Position numbers and translations under genes: made by a program. Shown piece by piece: positions 32,239 to 44,467 of a stretch of DNA of 64,000 bases; the stretch's first letter is position 1; each line of letters begins with the position of its first letter. Origin of the DNA: Epithemia pelagica (lineage: Eukaryota > Protista > Bacillariophyta); assembly GCA_946965045.2 (NCBI GenBank), contig OX337229.1, forward strand, positions 1,488,001-1,552,000. The letters run 5' to 3'. A model generated the notes under the pieces. That model made no database searches and was not told the DNA's origin. It saw nothing but the letters and a program-made list of their open reading frames with translations.

Positions 32239-35222
32239 GCATGGTTCCATTTGAGGAGGCCATGCAACACCATAAAGTCTAGGACAATTCCTGACGCTCC
32301 TGTTTTGGTAGTCTCGTCTAAAGCTGAGACAGGAAGTATCAATAATTCAGCCGCAGGGGGAGTGCTACGCCATGTCTGCACGACCTTCGAAGGAAACTGT
32401 TTCGCAATGGCAAAGATATTGCCTTGGCGGTTCTTCCTTAGCTTGTTCATACTGCGACAGACAGTTTGACGACAGGCATTACGAGCGAAAACAGTAGGCT
32501 GCAAAGTATAGTCAACATTGGAATCCGACCGTCGTCTTGTTGATAAATAACGCTTGATTGTCCCAAGTTCCCGACAGCAACTACGAATTTGTTGGTGGTA
32601 ACGTACCCTCTTGCCCGAACAGTCAAATGGATTGCCATGTTGTTGTGTATCACTGATGTACGTGCCGAAAAACATTGACTTTAGGACATCGTACCAAGCG
32701 GTATCCGGTGATTGTTCAAAGGCCGGCATGTTGAAGGCAGCGGGTATTGATTGCTGAATGAATGTCATGGAGGGACGCTCCATGAAAGAATAAACCCATT
32801 GTGGGAACTTCGACAGATACATTGTCATCATGAATCTAGCGGTCACCCGTGTGAACGTAGAACTCTCACCATGCTGGAACTGAAGTCTTCTACCGTCTTG
32901 CAAGTTGTCAAAGACGCAAAGGAGACTTGTAACACGACGAATGGCCTTCTTCGTCCGATTTTCATACGTATCCAGCCAAGGTTGTATACGACGTTCCATA
33001 GTTCTTTTGGACACAGACAGTCCCAACCAAACAGGAATTTGCATTGCCAATAGAGGGTGGCCACAGGCGTATTGCCCCATTGTAAAAACCATGGCAAAGG
33101 GGACCAAGCGGTGGTTGTTCTGCTTCCGAGCTTTGAGGATGAGCTGGAAGAGTACATCAAGTGAAAACCGCTGGCGCATCAAACTTGGACCTTCGGAACT
33201 AACAGAGGCCTCTTCTAATTTCTTGGTATAGCCACTCGAGCCCATGAGGCTGTTGAAATGCACCGGAAGCATTCGCTCAAAATCATTTGCAAGTTCTCTC
33301 GTTTCACTCTCTGAGAGGAGCTTGTCAAATATATTACAAAAACGACCAAAGCAATCCTCCATTCTATCTAAGATTCGTTTGTCAACCTTCTCGCAAAAGT
33401 CCTTGATGACATCTGGTTCAATGAATGGTGGAGGAACGGCGTTGGTGAGTTCTTCGCGAAGGGAAGCAATGGCGGATTCGTGCTCTTGCTTGAGGTCATT
33501 TAGGACGATTGTTGATTTGCAATGCTCCCAGACATGCCGCAAGTCCGACAACATATACCGGTCACCGGGTGTTTCTTGAACCAAACGATGAAGGAGGGTT
33601 GATCGGTCGTCTCCACTTGCTTTCAGCCCACGAAACTGAGCAAGCCAGGGTCGTTCAGGGTGATAGTCGGCCTGTACGAAGATAGATTGAGGGAACTGGA
33701 AGACCTCGAACCAACACAACAACTCCGGAATACAGTCCGTTGGCGGATTGGTTAAATTGAACTTGGAGGAGGGCGGAATGTATGGAAATTTTAAATGTAG
33801 ACCATGTTGATGGACTTCCTTGAGAGCCTCCTCAATCTCGGGATAGGGGTGAAGGCCTACGACCTTGGACCTTCGATCGTCCGGGTTGAGATAAACCCAA
33901 CCAGTCAATTGCTTAAATGACCAACCTTGACAGAGTACTTGTGGAAGATGCATTAATTGCAATGTATCATTCCATATCTTCATCCATTTCTTGGCATAGT
34001 GCGGTGGGAGTGATTCGTCATGGAAAAACAGGGCAACAGGAGTGCCTTCTTTCAAAAACCAGAGATCCTCCAGGAGAAGAGTCCTCATGGAAAACGAAGT
34101 CACAACTTGCAGGGAGTGTTGGTCGGACGAGGTACTGGAGGGATCTTCAGAAGCCGTAGATTCCTGGTGTTTGCGCTTGTTGCTCTTGTTGTCTTGGTAA
34201 CGCCGTTGTTTTTTTACACCAGTAGGAGACCTGCCAACGCCTTTTGAGTAGTTCTTGGCTCTTTTGAGGAGCAAGGAACAGTGGTTTTCAACTAAACCGA
34301 GGGACTTGTTGGGACCGAGATGGGTGGGAGTAACAGCAACCAAGGGAATGTTGTCCGTAGAGGGTCCAGGGTTGTTGCATGACAGAGGAGAGATGCGGCG
34401 CAATGGAAGGAGAAAGGCACCCTCCTCTACCTTTCGTGCCTTTACTTCAAGATTCGGGTGGCGTGCAGAGGAGGCATCACTGTCGGCCGCAGTTGGGGCG
34501 GAGGAAACGGGAGGAGCAGCATTGCCTTCGATGGCAGACAGAAGATTGAGTGATTTCTGTGGAGAGGTCTGGGTGCCGAACTCAACTGCGCCAAAAACTT
34601 GTTGACGATGCCACAAATTGAAGGAGAAATCCGAAATCCTGTTATGCGTCGAAGGTACGGGCGGATGGGCATTGATGGTGTTAGACAAAGGTGCTTCGGT
34701 TGATGGGGAAGAAGCAACATTCAAAGAAGGGAAGGCAGCCGAGAAAGAATCCATTTGTGGGGGCGGTTTTTGTTGCTGACTGTGATCGGTAGTCGAGGGA
34801 ATGGTGGACAAATCACTTGCGTCACCACTCGGTACAAATGTAGACGGTCCTGAGTAGTTGTTGTTGTCTTGTTGTGCTTGTAGGATGGCGGCTGAAAATG
34901 GAGGTCTGACAGCATCCGGAGTTTTGTAGGGATTCACTCCCTCCTCGTCTTCATTACTATCCTCTGAATCGTCGCGGCTTGAATCGTCCATGTCGTCGGG
35001 AGCAGGAGGAGGCGATCCTTCGCTTGGAGGAGGAGGGTCAGGGCCAGTGGCAGCACTGTGGTGTGAGGAAGATGAAGGTGGGTTTTCGGCGAGGCTCCCA
35101 GGGGCTTCTGTACTATCGGTTATGACTTCTTCTCGGACCGGGAGAGCAACGTAGACCTTGCGAACGTCATCTTGTGACTTGCGATGGCGTTTGTGTGAAG
35201 AGGATGACTTCTTAGACGACAT
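32239..35222 (-). CDS. Academ-type transposase, N-terminal part
   Basis: ATG (MSSKKSS) at 35222; motifs LCVFDNLQ and LPVSALDETT; the ORF runs uninterrupted to the LTR edge at 32238. The reconstituted protein is ~1727 aa. Confidence 0.8.
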
Positions 35223-36180
35223 GACGACCTGCTGCACCTCTACCCTCTGGATTGACTGTGGTGTGGTTTGCAAGTTTGTGTCAAAAACGGGTGAGCCAGA
35301 TCGCGCCTTGGGGGTGAGTAAGAGAATGCACTTTGTGCATTCACTCTCTAGCATCCTAAAAACTCACCCCCGCTGGGGGTAATGCAAGCCCATGTTTGCT
35401 GTCGGGCGTCTTTCGGCGCTCCTGTATCTCACGGCTGGCGACTTATGCGACGACCTGCAACGTAGATGGACCATAGCACAAGCACGATGGCCTGCCTATT
35501 GAAGTCGTGCAGCTCGGCTTACAAATTGAAAGAGTGACATGGCACAAGTAGTCTTTTGTTGCAGAAATAGAGAGGAATACGCAATCAAAAGCGATTGAGA
35601 CATGCAATGAACAATCTCCAAAAACTCGATTGTTCTTATTTTGCACATTGACACCCTTATTTTCAGAGTTTGTGTGAAGAACACTGCGGCGTTGTTGAGC
35701 CATCTCTCGAGAGATTCGATCAACCTTTCGAGTATCGTCATAGGCAAGAGAGGAGGCACAACGTACCAGAACACTGAGGCCAGATAGGGACAGGTCTCTC
35801 TTTTTTGTCCAGATACACTTGCTTTAGACCAGAAGATATCAGATATCTGCTTTGAGCGTCGTTACTCAGCGATCTTGCCCACTCACGGTGTTCCGAAACG
35901 AAGGAGGACAAGGAGTTGGTATCATAAAACATCCTCCTGTCTACTGATCACGGCCCTTTCCCCGCTTCAGACCCATCACCAAAACACTCGCAAGATAGAC
36001 AGTACACAAGAAGCAAGGCGAAGAGTATCCATGTTTTCGGTTTGGGTGGAGGACAAAAAAGAAAACCGAACTTCCATCATTTCGCTGGACTAGGAACAAG
36101 AGCTCGCTCAAAGGGACAGCCCCTTGAACCATTCGTCTACCAGAAGAAGGACTCAAGAGTTTTTCGCAATCAACAGAAGG

Positions 36181-39100
36181 ATGATTTCGTCATCTCATTT
36201 CAACGATATAGCCAAAGACGGCGATGACATGAGCAAAGACTTGGCTCCTCCTCCCGCCTTGGCCCCTGCCTTGGCTCAGGCGGAGCAAGACTTGGCCGCC
36301 AGCCTGGATTTTTTGCGTCGTCAACAACAAGGCAACGCCACTTCTACGAGTGGCAAACGATCCGTGGGTTCAGGCTTGTATAGTGACGATGATCCCTCGT
36401 CCTACAAGTTGGACGATTTGCAACGACACTTGTCACAAGCCGATTTGGATTTCTCCGCACACTACTTGGCGCAGAATCGAGGCTTCCACAACGACATGGA
36501 ATCGTGGGAATTTGCCATGCGACAGCAACAACTGCGACTCGAGCAGCAACAACGACAAGCACCTTATGTCCAAGATGAAGGACGTGGAGGAGAAGAAATG
36601 GGTTACACGAGGAAGAGTGAACGATTGAGTTCCAAAACTGACATTACTGGTGGATCATCATCCATTTTTCCTCAACAACAATCCTCTTCCGTATGTGCCG
36701 AGAAGGGAGGAGGCAGAACTGGTGCGTCCACGGCCGCCACATCTCTTCAAGAGTTGGCCACCTCCTGGAATGGCATTTTTAGCACGGACAAGGATGATGA
36801 TGGTGCGGCCAGTGGTAATGGCACCTCGTTTCGGTGGGGGCGGCAACGACGGAAACGACGGCAAGCTAAGGAATCGTCTTCCCTATGGCGTCGCAACAAT
36901 TTGCAGTCGCGGTCAAAATCGGCCGTGCAACATGATCGGCAGAATGTGGAGAATGACAATCATAGTAACGACCTTCATCATTTCGCACAACGGCGCGATC
37001 CGAACAATTCGCATGACGTTGTGTATTCCCATGATGTCTTTCTGGCCGAAACAGCGGGATGGCACGATATGCGAAGACCCGCCGCTGCAATGCCTGATAC
37101 TTCCACAGGTGTTTTACCGGATGCTCATATCTTCCTTCATCCTAACAGATCAATACGATCAGATCAATCGAATCAGGTGGATGATTGTGACCATTCCTAC
37201 GATGAAGAGGATGTCAGCAGTCGGTGGTCTGGTCTGACCAATAGTACGGCTGGTTTACGGAATATGCAACACGAAATGGCCATGGTTGAAGCGGCATTTT
37301 CAAATCAGCCCCAACCGCAAGGATCATCGTTTGATAGCAGTGTTGAACACAAAGGTAATCATCAGGCCAAGATAAAGGTTTCGCAAAACATGAAACCATC
37401 GGACGCATCGACAACTGGGCATATGATCCACTCTGCTTCAACTGAGGTCATGTTGGATGGCATCATCCGGGAAACTCCGTGTCAGGAGGTGATATCTGCC
37501 GACTCTAATCCAATTGGTGAAATGGAAAGATCTAAGTATGGGAAACATTCTTCCGAGCTCACCACCCTGGACTCTGGTGAAGTGCGTCTGGCAATGGAAC
37601 AAGCAACGGCAACTGCGACGGGTAGTGGGACCAAACATCCTTCAGCGGACACCGCACAGCTTGGCCGTGCCTGCAGTGGTAACCTTCATAATGGGGACGA
37701 TCAAAATGAAGAAGAAATTTCCATTACCTTTTCCATATCGACAACAGAATCGCCCCCATCTGCCGTTGTAGCCGCCCCAGAAGAGTGGTTGCGTGACGAC
37801 CCCCAACCACCAGCGGAAAGCTCGACCACTGTATGGATTGAATTGGACGAAGCATTAATTCATAGTGAACGGCAAGTTGCCCTTGACACAGAAAAAGACT
37901 GCCCTGGCTCGCAGGAAGAAAATAGACAAGAAAATGTAAATTCTCCACAAATGCCGGGCTCACAACCAGAGCTGCGCCACGATTCCCAAGCTGAAAAGAA
38001 TAATGAAGAAACGGAAACTCCACGAAATAGTTCCTTTTTGTTCCCGATTCTGCCCTTTCTGCCATCAAGGACAAGTGATGAATCTCCGCCGACTTACCGC
38101 TCGCGTCCTATCGAGCATCTCAATGACGACGCCAGAAATGCGCCAAATCCTTTTTCAAATAAGAATGTGAACCCGAACGAGAAGCAGACTTACACTTGGT
38201 TCTCATTATCATCCAACCCGAATCAACCACAGCGGAAGGAAACTGACGAAGTAAACGAGTCGCCCAGATCTGTATTGGATGTGGATCAATCCTCCAAGCC
38301 CGCCGCGCAGCACTTGAAAATAACTCACCATGATCCTCATACACTTCAACGCACTCCGATTTCCAAGGGCTCGTTATCAAATGTCCGTGCCTGTAAGGTG
38401 GTCGATAATCCAGAGGTCCACCCTTTCCAGCACGATTCAGTGACGCAAATGGCCGCCCAAACTTTTGGGAAGAACGATAATGTTATTGCCGGAAAGACCT
38501 CTGCTGCTGCTGCTATGGGAGCCTCAGACAAAATCACAACGCCTGTTAATGATCAAGAGCTTGGGAAGAAGACTAGTACTGGTCCCATACCAACAAATTC
38601 ATTACCAACGAATGATGAACTGCAACAATGTGAAGGAAAATCTTCTCTGGAGGTTGCCAACCTTTCAGAAGCTGACACGGAACAAGAAGTGACAATGAAA
38701 GCACAACCTAGAGATGAAGAACTGGACGTCCACTGCGACAGACCGCCCCTTATCTCCCAGAGATACGCTTTCTTCGGGTTGTTTGGATGGTCAATGTCTG
38801 CTCCGCGGCAATCGAGCATGGACCAAACTCTTTCAGTGGAACATACAAGGAACGACGAGATAGGCAGACAAGTATACCTGCCTGGTTCGGTACAGACGCT
38901 GTCGAAGTCTGCCTCAGATCAGCATGAGATGGCGCCACAAACTCATATAAGCGACAAAGATCCTCAAACGATGGTGACCGTTGCTCGTGAATGCACCAAC
39001 AGCAACTCAAGTATGACGTCGTTGTTGGTTTCGGTATTGTCAACAGTTGGTATATTGACCACACCCAAAGCTCATAATGGTGTCAAGGACAAAAGGGGTC

Positions 39101-39420
39101 CTCGTTCTCAACCTACCATTGATCACCGGTCGGTGGCTAAAGGAAAGGAAATCACTCGTGATTCCGAAGTGGAGAACGATGAAAAACCAGACGACGGAAG
39201 TGTACAACGAGCCTTTAAATCCCATGACCGCTACCTCGAAGCAAATATGACAGCGGACAACAAACACTTGGGTCATTTGATCACTCCTGTAGCTCCGGAA
39301 AAGAGCGCCATAAGTCGTGAAGAAAAGACAGCTTCCAACACGAAGAAAGGAGAATTTCCGAGGGGCCGATCTATGATGGGCCGCGGCTCCAGTCGTTGCT
39401 GTCCCTGTATAGCGTTCTAA
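36181..39420 (+). CDS. Large low-complexity hypothetical protein ending in a CaaX-like motif
   Basis: Open frame of >1000 codons, Ser/Gln/Asp-rich; C-terminus RCCPCIAF; first ATG at 36181. Confidence 0.75.
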   Translation: MISSSHFNDIAKDGDDMSKDLAPPPALAPALAQAEQDLAASLDFLRRQQQGNATSTSGKRSVGSGLYSDDDPSSYKLDDLQRHLSQADLDFSAHYLAQNRGFHNDMESWEFAMRQQQLRLEQQQRQAPYVQDEGRGGEEMGYTRKSERLSSKTDITGGSSSIFPQQQSSSVCAEKGGGRTGASTAATSLQELATSWNGIFSTDKDDDGAASGNGTSFRWGRQRRKRRQAKESSSLWRRNNLQSRSKSAVQHDRQNVENDNHSNDLHHFAQRRDPNNSHDVVYSHDVFLAETAGWHDMRRPAAAMPDTSTGVLPDAHIFLHPNRSIRSDQSNQVDDCDHSYDEEDVSSRWSGLTNSTAGLRNMQHEMAMVEAAFSNQPQPQGSSFDSSVEHKGNHQAKIKVSQNMKPSDASTTGHMIHSASTEVMLDGIIRETPCQEVISADSNPIGEMERSKYGKHSSELTTLDSGEVRLAMEQATATATGSGTKHPSADTAQLGRACSGNLHNGDDQNEEEISITFSISTTESPPSAVVAAPEEWLRDDPQPPAESSTTVWIELDEALIHSERQVALDTEKDCPGSQEENRQENVNSPQMPGSQPELRHDSQAEKNNEETETPRNSSFLFPILPFLPSRTSDESPPTYRSRPIEHLNDDARNAPNPFSNKNVNPNEKQTYTWFSLSSNPNQPQRKETDEVNESPRSVLDVDQSSKPAAQHLKITHHDPHTLQRTPISKGSLSNVRACKVVDNPEVHPFQHDSVTQMAAQTFGKNDNVIAGKTSAAAAMGASDKITTPVNDQELGKKTSTGPIPTNSLPTNDELQQCEGKSSLEVANLSEADTEQEVTMKAQPRDEELDVHCDRPPLISQRYAFFGLFGWSMSAPRQSSMDQTLSVEHTRNDEIGRQVYLPGSVQTLSKSASDQHEMAPQTHISDKDPQTMVTVARECTNSNSSMTSLLVSVLSTVGILTTPKAHNGVKDKRGPRSQPTIDHRSVAKGKEITRDSEVENDEKPDDGSVQRAFKSHDRYLEANMTADNKHLGHLITPVAPEKSAISREEKTASNTKKGEFPRGRSMMGRGSSRCCPCIAF

Positions 39421-40676
39421 CAAATCGCAGTTTCGTATTAGTTTCTTATGATGGACATGTATGCTTCGGAAGATGAGGTCGTGTCGGGATTAGAGGGGAA
39501 AAACTGCATCTCTGAACTGGACATCTTCCTTAGCTCAGAAGCGTTCATGGTGTCGCAAGTGCAGGTCCTACTACGAATGCTACGCTATACACTGAGCGGG
39601 ATTTAACTCGGCAATAGAAATTCCCTCATCCACAGCGTCGACTCTCTTCAAGTTTCAAGTCCCATGCCTGCTGCTACGAGGCGATCATCTGCGTCGAGGT
39701 AGCTGCAGACAACGTGGGCTTTTAATCTGACCTTACCAGACACATTGTGATATCTTTGTAGAATCATGGGCATTGGGCATGAGCATAAAAAAAATAACGG
39801 TATCCCTCTAGTCTCTAGTCCCTAGGAGTACATTCCTGATGCCTAATCCCTACCCTTTCTGATGACCATAGAATAAGAAGGAGGAGGGAGAAGAGGGAGA
39901 AAATGTGGGGCATGGACAATGGTTCCACTTCCACTCCCGTTTTCATGCGTTGTTTCCGTTTTAACAAAAAAATTGTCCTGAGAAATGAAACAACATGCAT
40001 TTGAAAATTCTTTTGTTATGTTGGATGTGGTCGCAATGTCATTAATTATTGGAAGTGCCTAGCCTCTACATGTACCCTTTCATTGCTAGCTTACTAGCTA
40101 GCTAGGTCATTCAGTACTCCCAAGTCTTTGCTATCTCTAGACAGAGAGATTCTAAGAAGTATCAGATTTGGTTTGAACTTCTCTACTTTCTACTTTCTTC
40201 TCTCTGCACTCTCTCGAGTAGAAGCTCTCTCTAGTCTCTAGTAGACTCTAGAGCTCTTTTACTATAGTAGACAGAGTAGAAGATCTAGCTCTCTACTAGA
40301 GATATTTGGAGAGATCTAATCCTGCTAGCACGAGTAGACAGAAAGTGGAAAGTAGCTAAGATCTGAGGATAGCAGATAGTTGGTAGACTCTACTGTTTGC
40401 TCTATACTCCATACTTCCTCAAAGAGTTCTCTCAGAATCCTCTCACAAACTTCAATCCCGATTTTCATAATGTATTCAGAACCGACGCATGCTCGATCTG
40501 GTTGCACTTAAGCCAAGCAGGTTTCGTCAGATTCCTGTCTTGCCCATTGCCCATGGTCAGAATGTTCAACAATGCAGGCCCCTCATTCCTGCTCACAAAT
40601 TCCCTGAACGCCAATCAATATCACCAACCGACACTGAAGTCTGCATAAAATACAAGTCCGAGGACCAACGCTAAAG

Positions 40677-41798
40677 ATGAACCTTTGGAAATCTTGCAAC
40701 ATCGCTTCAGGAGAAGAGACGAAAGAGGCTTCTGTTGAACGGCATCAATGCTGGCGTCGAGAAATTAATCAAGAATGCCCAACTTCGAACGTATGTACGC
40801 TGAGGACGAAAGACGTCATCTGTACAAGAAACAGTTCAGTCCACAAGCACCCGGGTAATCGTCGTTATACGGTTCTGATTCAAATGTATTACGAGGCTTA
40901 TCAGTCATCAACGTTGCGCGAAGACAAATCGCGAATCACTCGTCAAGTTATTCAAGCTGTCTGTGATTACGGTGGACGATTTGTAAAATACGACGAGAAT
41001 ACAGGAACGTATCAAGAAATTGACAGTGATGCTAAACGCGAAAAAGTATCGCATGCGCTCCGGACAGCTGTTGATCCTGCAAAAAGACAACGGCGACACA
41101 AACGGATCAACAAAAAGCTTCACTCCAAAGGCGACGTCCGCAACTGCCAGCAATCGATCACCGAAAACAACAACGACGTTTGCTCTAGTCTAAGCTTTCC
41201 CTTGTATGGAAAAGAAGAATGTAATCCTCTTGCGATGAGGAATCGTGTCATCACAGACGACAGCGCAAGGAGCATGGTCAGTTGTGATCGAGACGAAAGA
41301 TTGACTAGGGTTCAGGAAACATCACAAGAGAGAGATATGATCGTTGGTGTTCCATCACTCGCCATATGGTCTTCAGAATATCAGCAATCGGCATCAACTA
41401 TGACACAGGAAAACACACCATGTTTGTCGTCTGTCGACAACACACAGACAGTTCACAGAAAAGCAGCGCACCTAGAGGACAATCAGCACACTATAGGATG
41501 CGGATGTTGTATGGGCTTCGAGCCTGTCTCCTACTCAGAACTACTTGAACGGGAAAAGAGCAGACAAGAGATAAAAACTCATCAGCTGGAAGAACAAATA
41601 TTGATTCAAAAGCTATGCAGTGAGATTCAAGACCAAAGTACATCAATAAAAGGAAACCAATCTTCCGTGGTCGCACCGCCATCAACATTCAAGAATCCCT
41701 TTGAACCGACTCATATTTCGCCTTTCTCCAGGAGTACAATGCCAGAGGACGACCCGGAAGACATGCTGATGGCTTGGGCAAACGAGATTGTATTTTAA
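40677..41798 (+). CDS. DUF6824-type diatom protein (373 aa)
   Basis: DVIC...HPGNRRY..LI.......K..IT..VI..V...GGRF...REKVSHALR signature. Confidence 0.85.
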   Translation: MNLWKSCNIASGEETKEASVERHQCWRREINQECPTSNVCTLRTKDVICTRNSSVHKHPGNRRYTVLIQMYYEAYQSSTLREDKSRITRQVIQAVCDYGGRFVKYDENTGTYQEIDSDAKREKVSHALRTAVDPAKRQRRHKRINKKLHSKGDVRNCQQSITENNNDVCSSLSFPLYGKEECNPLAMRNRVITDDSARSMVSCDRDERLTRVQETSQERDMIVGVPSLAIWSSEYQQSASTMTQENTPCLSSVDNTQTVHRKAAHLEDNQHTIGCGCCMGFEPVSYSELLEREKSRQEIKTHQLEEQILIQKLCSEIQDQSTSIKGNQSSVVAPPSTFKNPFEPTHISPFSRSTMPEDDPEDMLMAWANEIVF

Positions 41799-43376
41799 AA
41801 TTAGGCATTCCGATTAAAACAAAGAAGGCACTATTTTTCCTTGAGTTTTTACCTTTGGCGAGGGTTACGAATAATGGTCTACGCATACCTTATTGACTGT
41901 ATTCGTTATTAGCTTTTGCGTGCCTTCCGTTGCTCACTACCAACGCTATGAATGCCTCTAGCTAGAGGGTACTAGCACTACTCTACCTACCTACGTAGCT
42001 TCGGGCAAGTCAAGCACACCAACCTCTAGCTAGGTACTCCTAGCTCCTAGAGTCCGAGCTCTACCTAGAAAGCAGTATCGTCCATCTCATCAGCTAGGAG
42101 TACTATATCTAGAGTACCTCCTCTCTAGTAGAGAGACTAGAGGATAGAGGTGCTTCGAGAGCTATGAGCATCGAGGTGCACTGTTTTCTCGACAGCCTCC
42201 TTGAGAGAGATCTCGCTGCCGTCCGTCTTCCGTGTCCATTGTCGAAAAGAAACATAAGGGAAGTCACAAGATCGATTTTCTTTTCAAGTAGCAGTATCTT
42301 CTATCCCCGTAATCGGTAATCCGTAGTGCCCTAGGTCAAAGGGTTGCATGGCAGATGGCACATTGTACAATGTCTATTATTTAATTCAGCATGGCGAAAT
42401 GGGACAAAAGACAACAAGAAGTAGTTTTAGGCTCTTGTCCTTCTTGCTTCCTCTTTCCACTTTCGACTTTCCATCTTTTCGATTATTGTATGGAAATTTG
42501 TCATCAGTCCGTACTCGTATTCCGTACCTTATTCCTTGTCAGTCTCATTTTTCGCAATGGATACTCGATACTCGATACTCGTATTCGAAATTCGTAATGC
42601 ATGCAAATAACATCATGAAACACTGGAAACACGTCATCAATCATCATACGTGATACTGATGCGTGATGCATGAGAAAGAGATGATGATGTATGATGTAAT
42701 GCACATGAGGCTTCTGCTTTCTCATTCCCATCTTTTCGATCAAACGCCAAGCTCACTTTACACAGTTCAATTTGACGATGTAGAATGCGTTCATGTGACT
42801 CTGTAGTCAAATCATTTATGGGCAAATGTAACAAGACACATGACATGTTACATGTAACATTGTAACATCATCTTCCAAGTGTATTGTGTGACCATTTGAC
42901 ATTTGAGATTTGAGATTTGAGGCTCCCTTTTTGTGAGTGCGACTGGTACGAGTATATGTACACCACAACATAAGTGAAATTATTGTAGAGAGAAAGAATT
43001 GTTGAACAGTCTGAGTGAGGAAGGAAGTTGGTAGGGTCGCTTTCTACTAGAATGCTGCCACTCTTTGGGGGAAGGCTATTGTACAAATAATTCGAAACCA
43101 ATAGTGCCTTTGCCGACAGGAATGGTGGAGCAGTTGGATTTAGAAACGATTAACCACACCCAGTTTTTTGGTCGCTTTCAGTCGCATAAGAACTGACCCC
43201 ATCTGCATTCCCACGCCTGTCAGCACCCCATGCTGCCGCTCCAGGCACGTGTCAAGACACGTGTATCAACTGTCCCCTCTTCCAACGGTCTCCCAAAGAA
43301 AATCACCTACTACCTTTGTACTTGCATGTTGCATGAGAGGGGCCAAAAAAACCCACTCTCACAGCCTTTGCTTCCT

Positions 43377-44440
43377 TTTCCAACACTCTCTCCTTCTACC
43401 CTTGATAACTTTCTACATGTAAGTCGGATTTCCAAATTGAATGGCTTGTTGGAAAGCCCTTTGCAAGACGGTTCTAACAATGCACCGTTTGGTTTGATTG
43501 ATTGGGTCCTTCAGAAGCGATTTGATTTTGGAATTTGGGGTCTTTTTGGTGGCTGTTCCAACACTCTCTCCTACTACCCTTGATAACTTTCTACATGTAA
43601 GTCGGATTTCCAAATTGAATGGCTTGTTGGAAAGCCCTTTGCAAGACGGTTCTAACAATGCCTCGTTTGGTTTGATTGATTGGGTCCTTCAGAAGCGATT
43701 TGATTTTGGAATTTGGGGTCTTTTTGGTGGCTGTTCCAACACTCTCTCCTACTACCCTTGATAACTTTTTACATGTAAGTCGGATTTCCAAATTGAATGG
43801 CTTGTTGGAAAGCCCTTTGCAAGACGGTTCTAACAATGCACCGTTTGGTTTGATTGATTGGGTCCTTCAGAAGCGATTTGATTTTGGAATTTGGGGTCTT
43901 TTTGGTGGCTGTTCCAACACTCTCTCCTACTACCCTTGATAACTTTCTACATGAAAGTCGGATTTCCAAATTGAATGGCTTGTTGGAAAGCCCTTTGCAA
44001 GACGGTTCTAACAATGCACCGTTTGGTTTGATTGATTGGGTCCTTCAGAAGCGATTTGATTTTGGAATTTGGGGTCTTTTTGGTGGCTGTTCCAACACTC
44101 TCTCCTACTACCCTTGATAACTTTCTACATGTAAGTCGGATTTCCAAATTGAATGGCTTGTTGGAAAGCCCTTTGCAAGACGGTTCTAACAATGCACCGT
44201 TTGGTTTGATTGATTGGGCCCTTCAGAAGCGATTTGATTTTGGAATTTGGGGTCTTTTTGGTGGCTGTTCCAACACTCTCTCCTACTACCCTTGATAACT
44301 TTCTACATGTAAGTCGGATTTCCAAATTGAATGGCTTGTTGGAAAGCCCTTTGCAAGACGGTTCTAACAATGCCTCGTTTGGTTTGATTGATTGGGCCCT
44401 TCAGAAGCGATTTGATTTTGGAATTTGGGGTCTTTTTGGT
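43377..44440 (+). repeat. Tandem array, 178-bp unit, ~6 near-identical copies
   Basis: caacactctctcc recurs at 43381, 43559, 43737, 43915, 44093 and 44271; the sixth unit breaks at ~44440. Confidence 0.97.
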
Positions 44441-44467
44441 TGTCTACATCAGGATTTGTCGTGGGTG

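Larger units (their letters stand above)
15840..35381. mobile_element. AcademH-like DNA transposon (helicase + transposase) containing two nested copia elements
   Basis: Inverted termini TACCCCCAGCGGGGGTGAG...CTCACCCCCGCTGGGGGTA; imperfect TIRs at 15840-~15966 and ~35273-35381; identical 10-bp flanks ATGCAAGCCC at 15830-15839 and 35382-35391; convergent RecQ-like helicase and large transposase genes. Confidence 0.88.

Noticed and set aside
44210-44467. N-terminal extension of the dioxygenase ORF (and 48992-49354 for the MULE ORF)
   Set aside because: These rely on non-ATG starts; the first lies inside the tandem array. The first ATGs were used instead.
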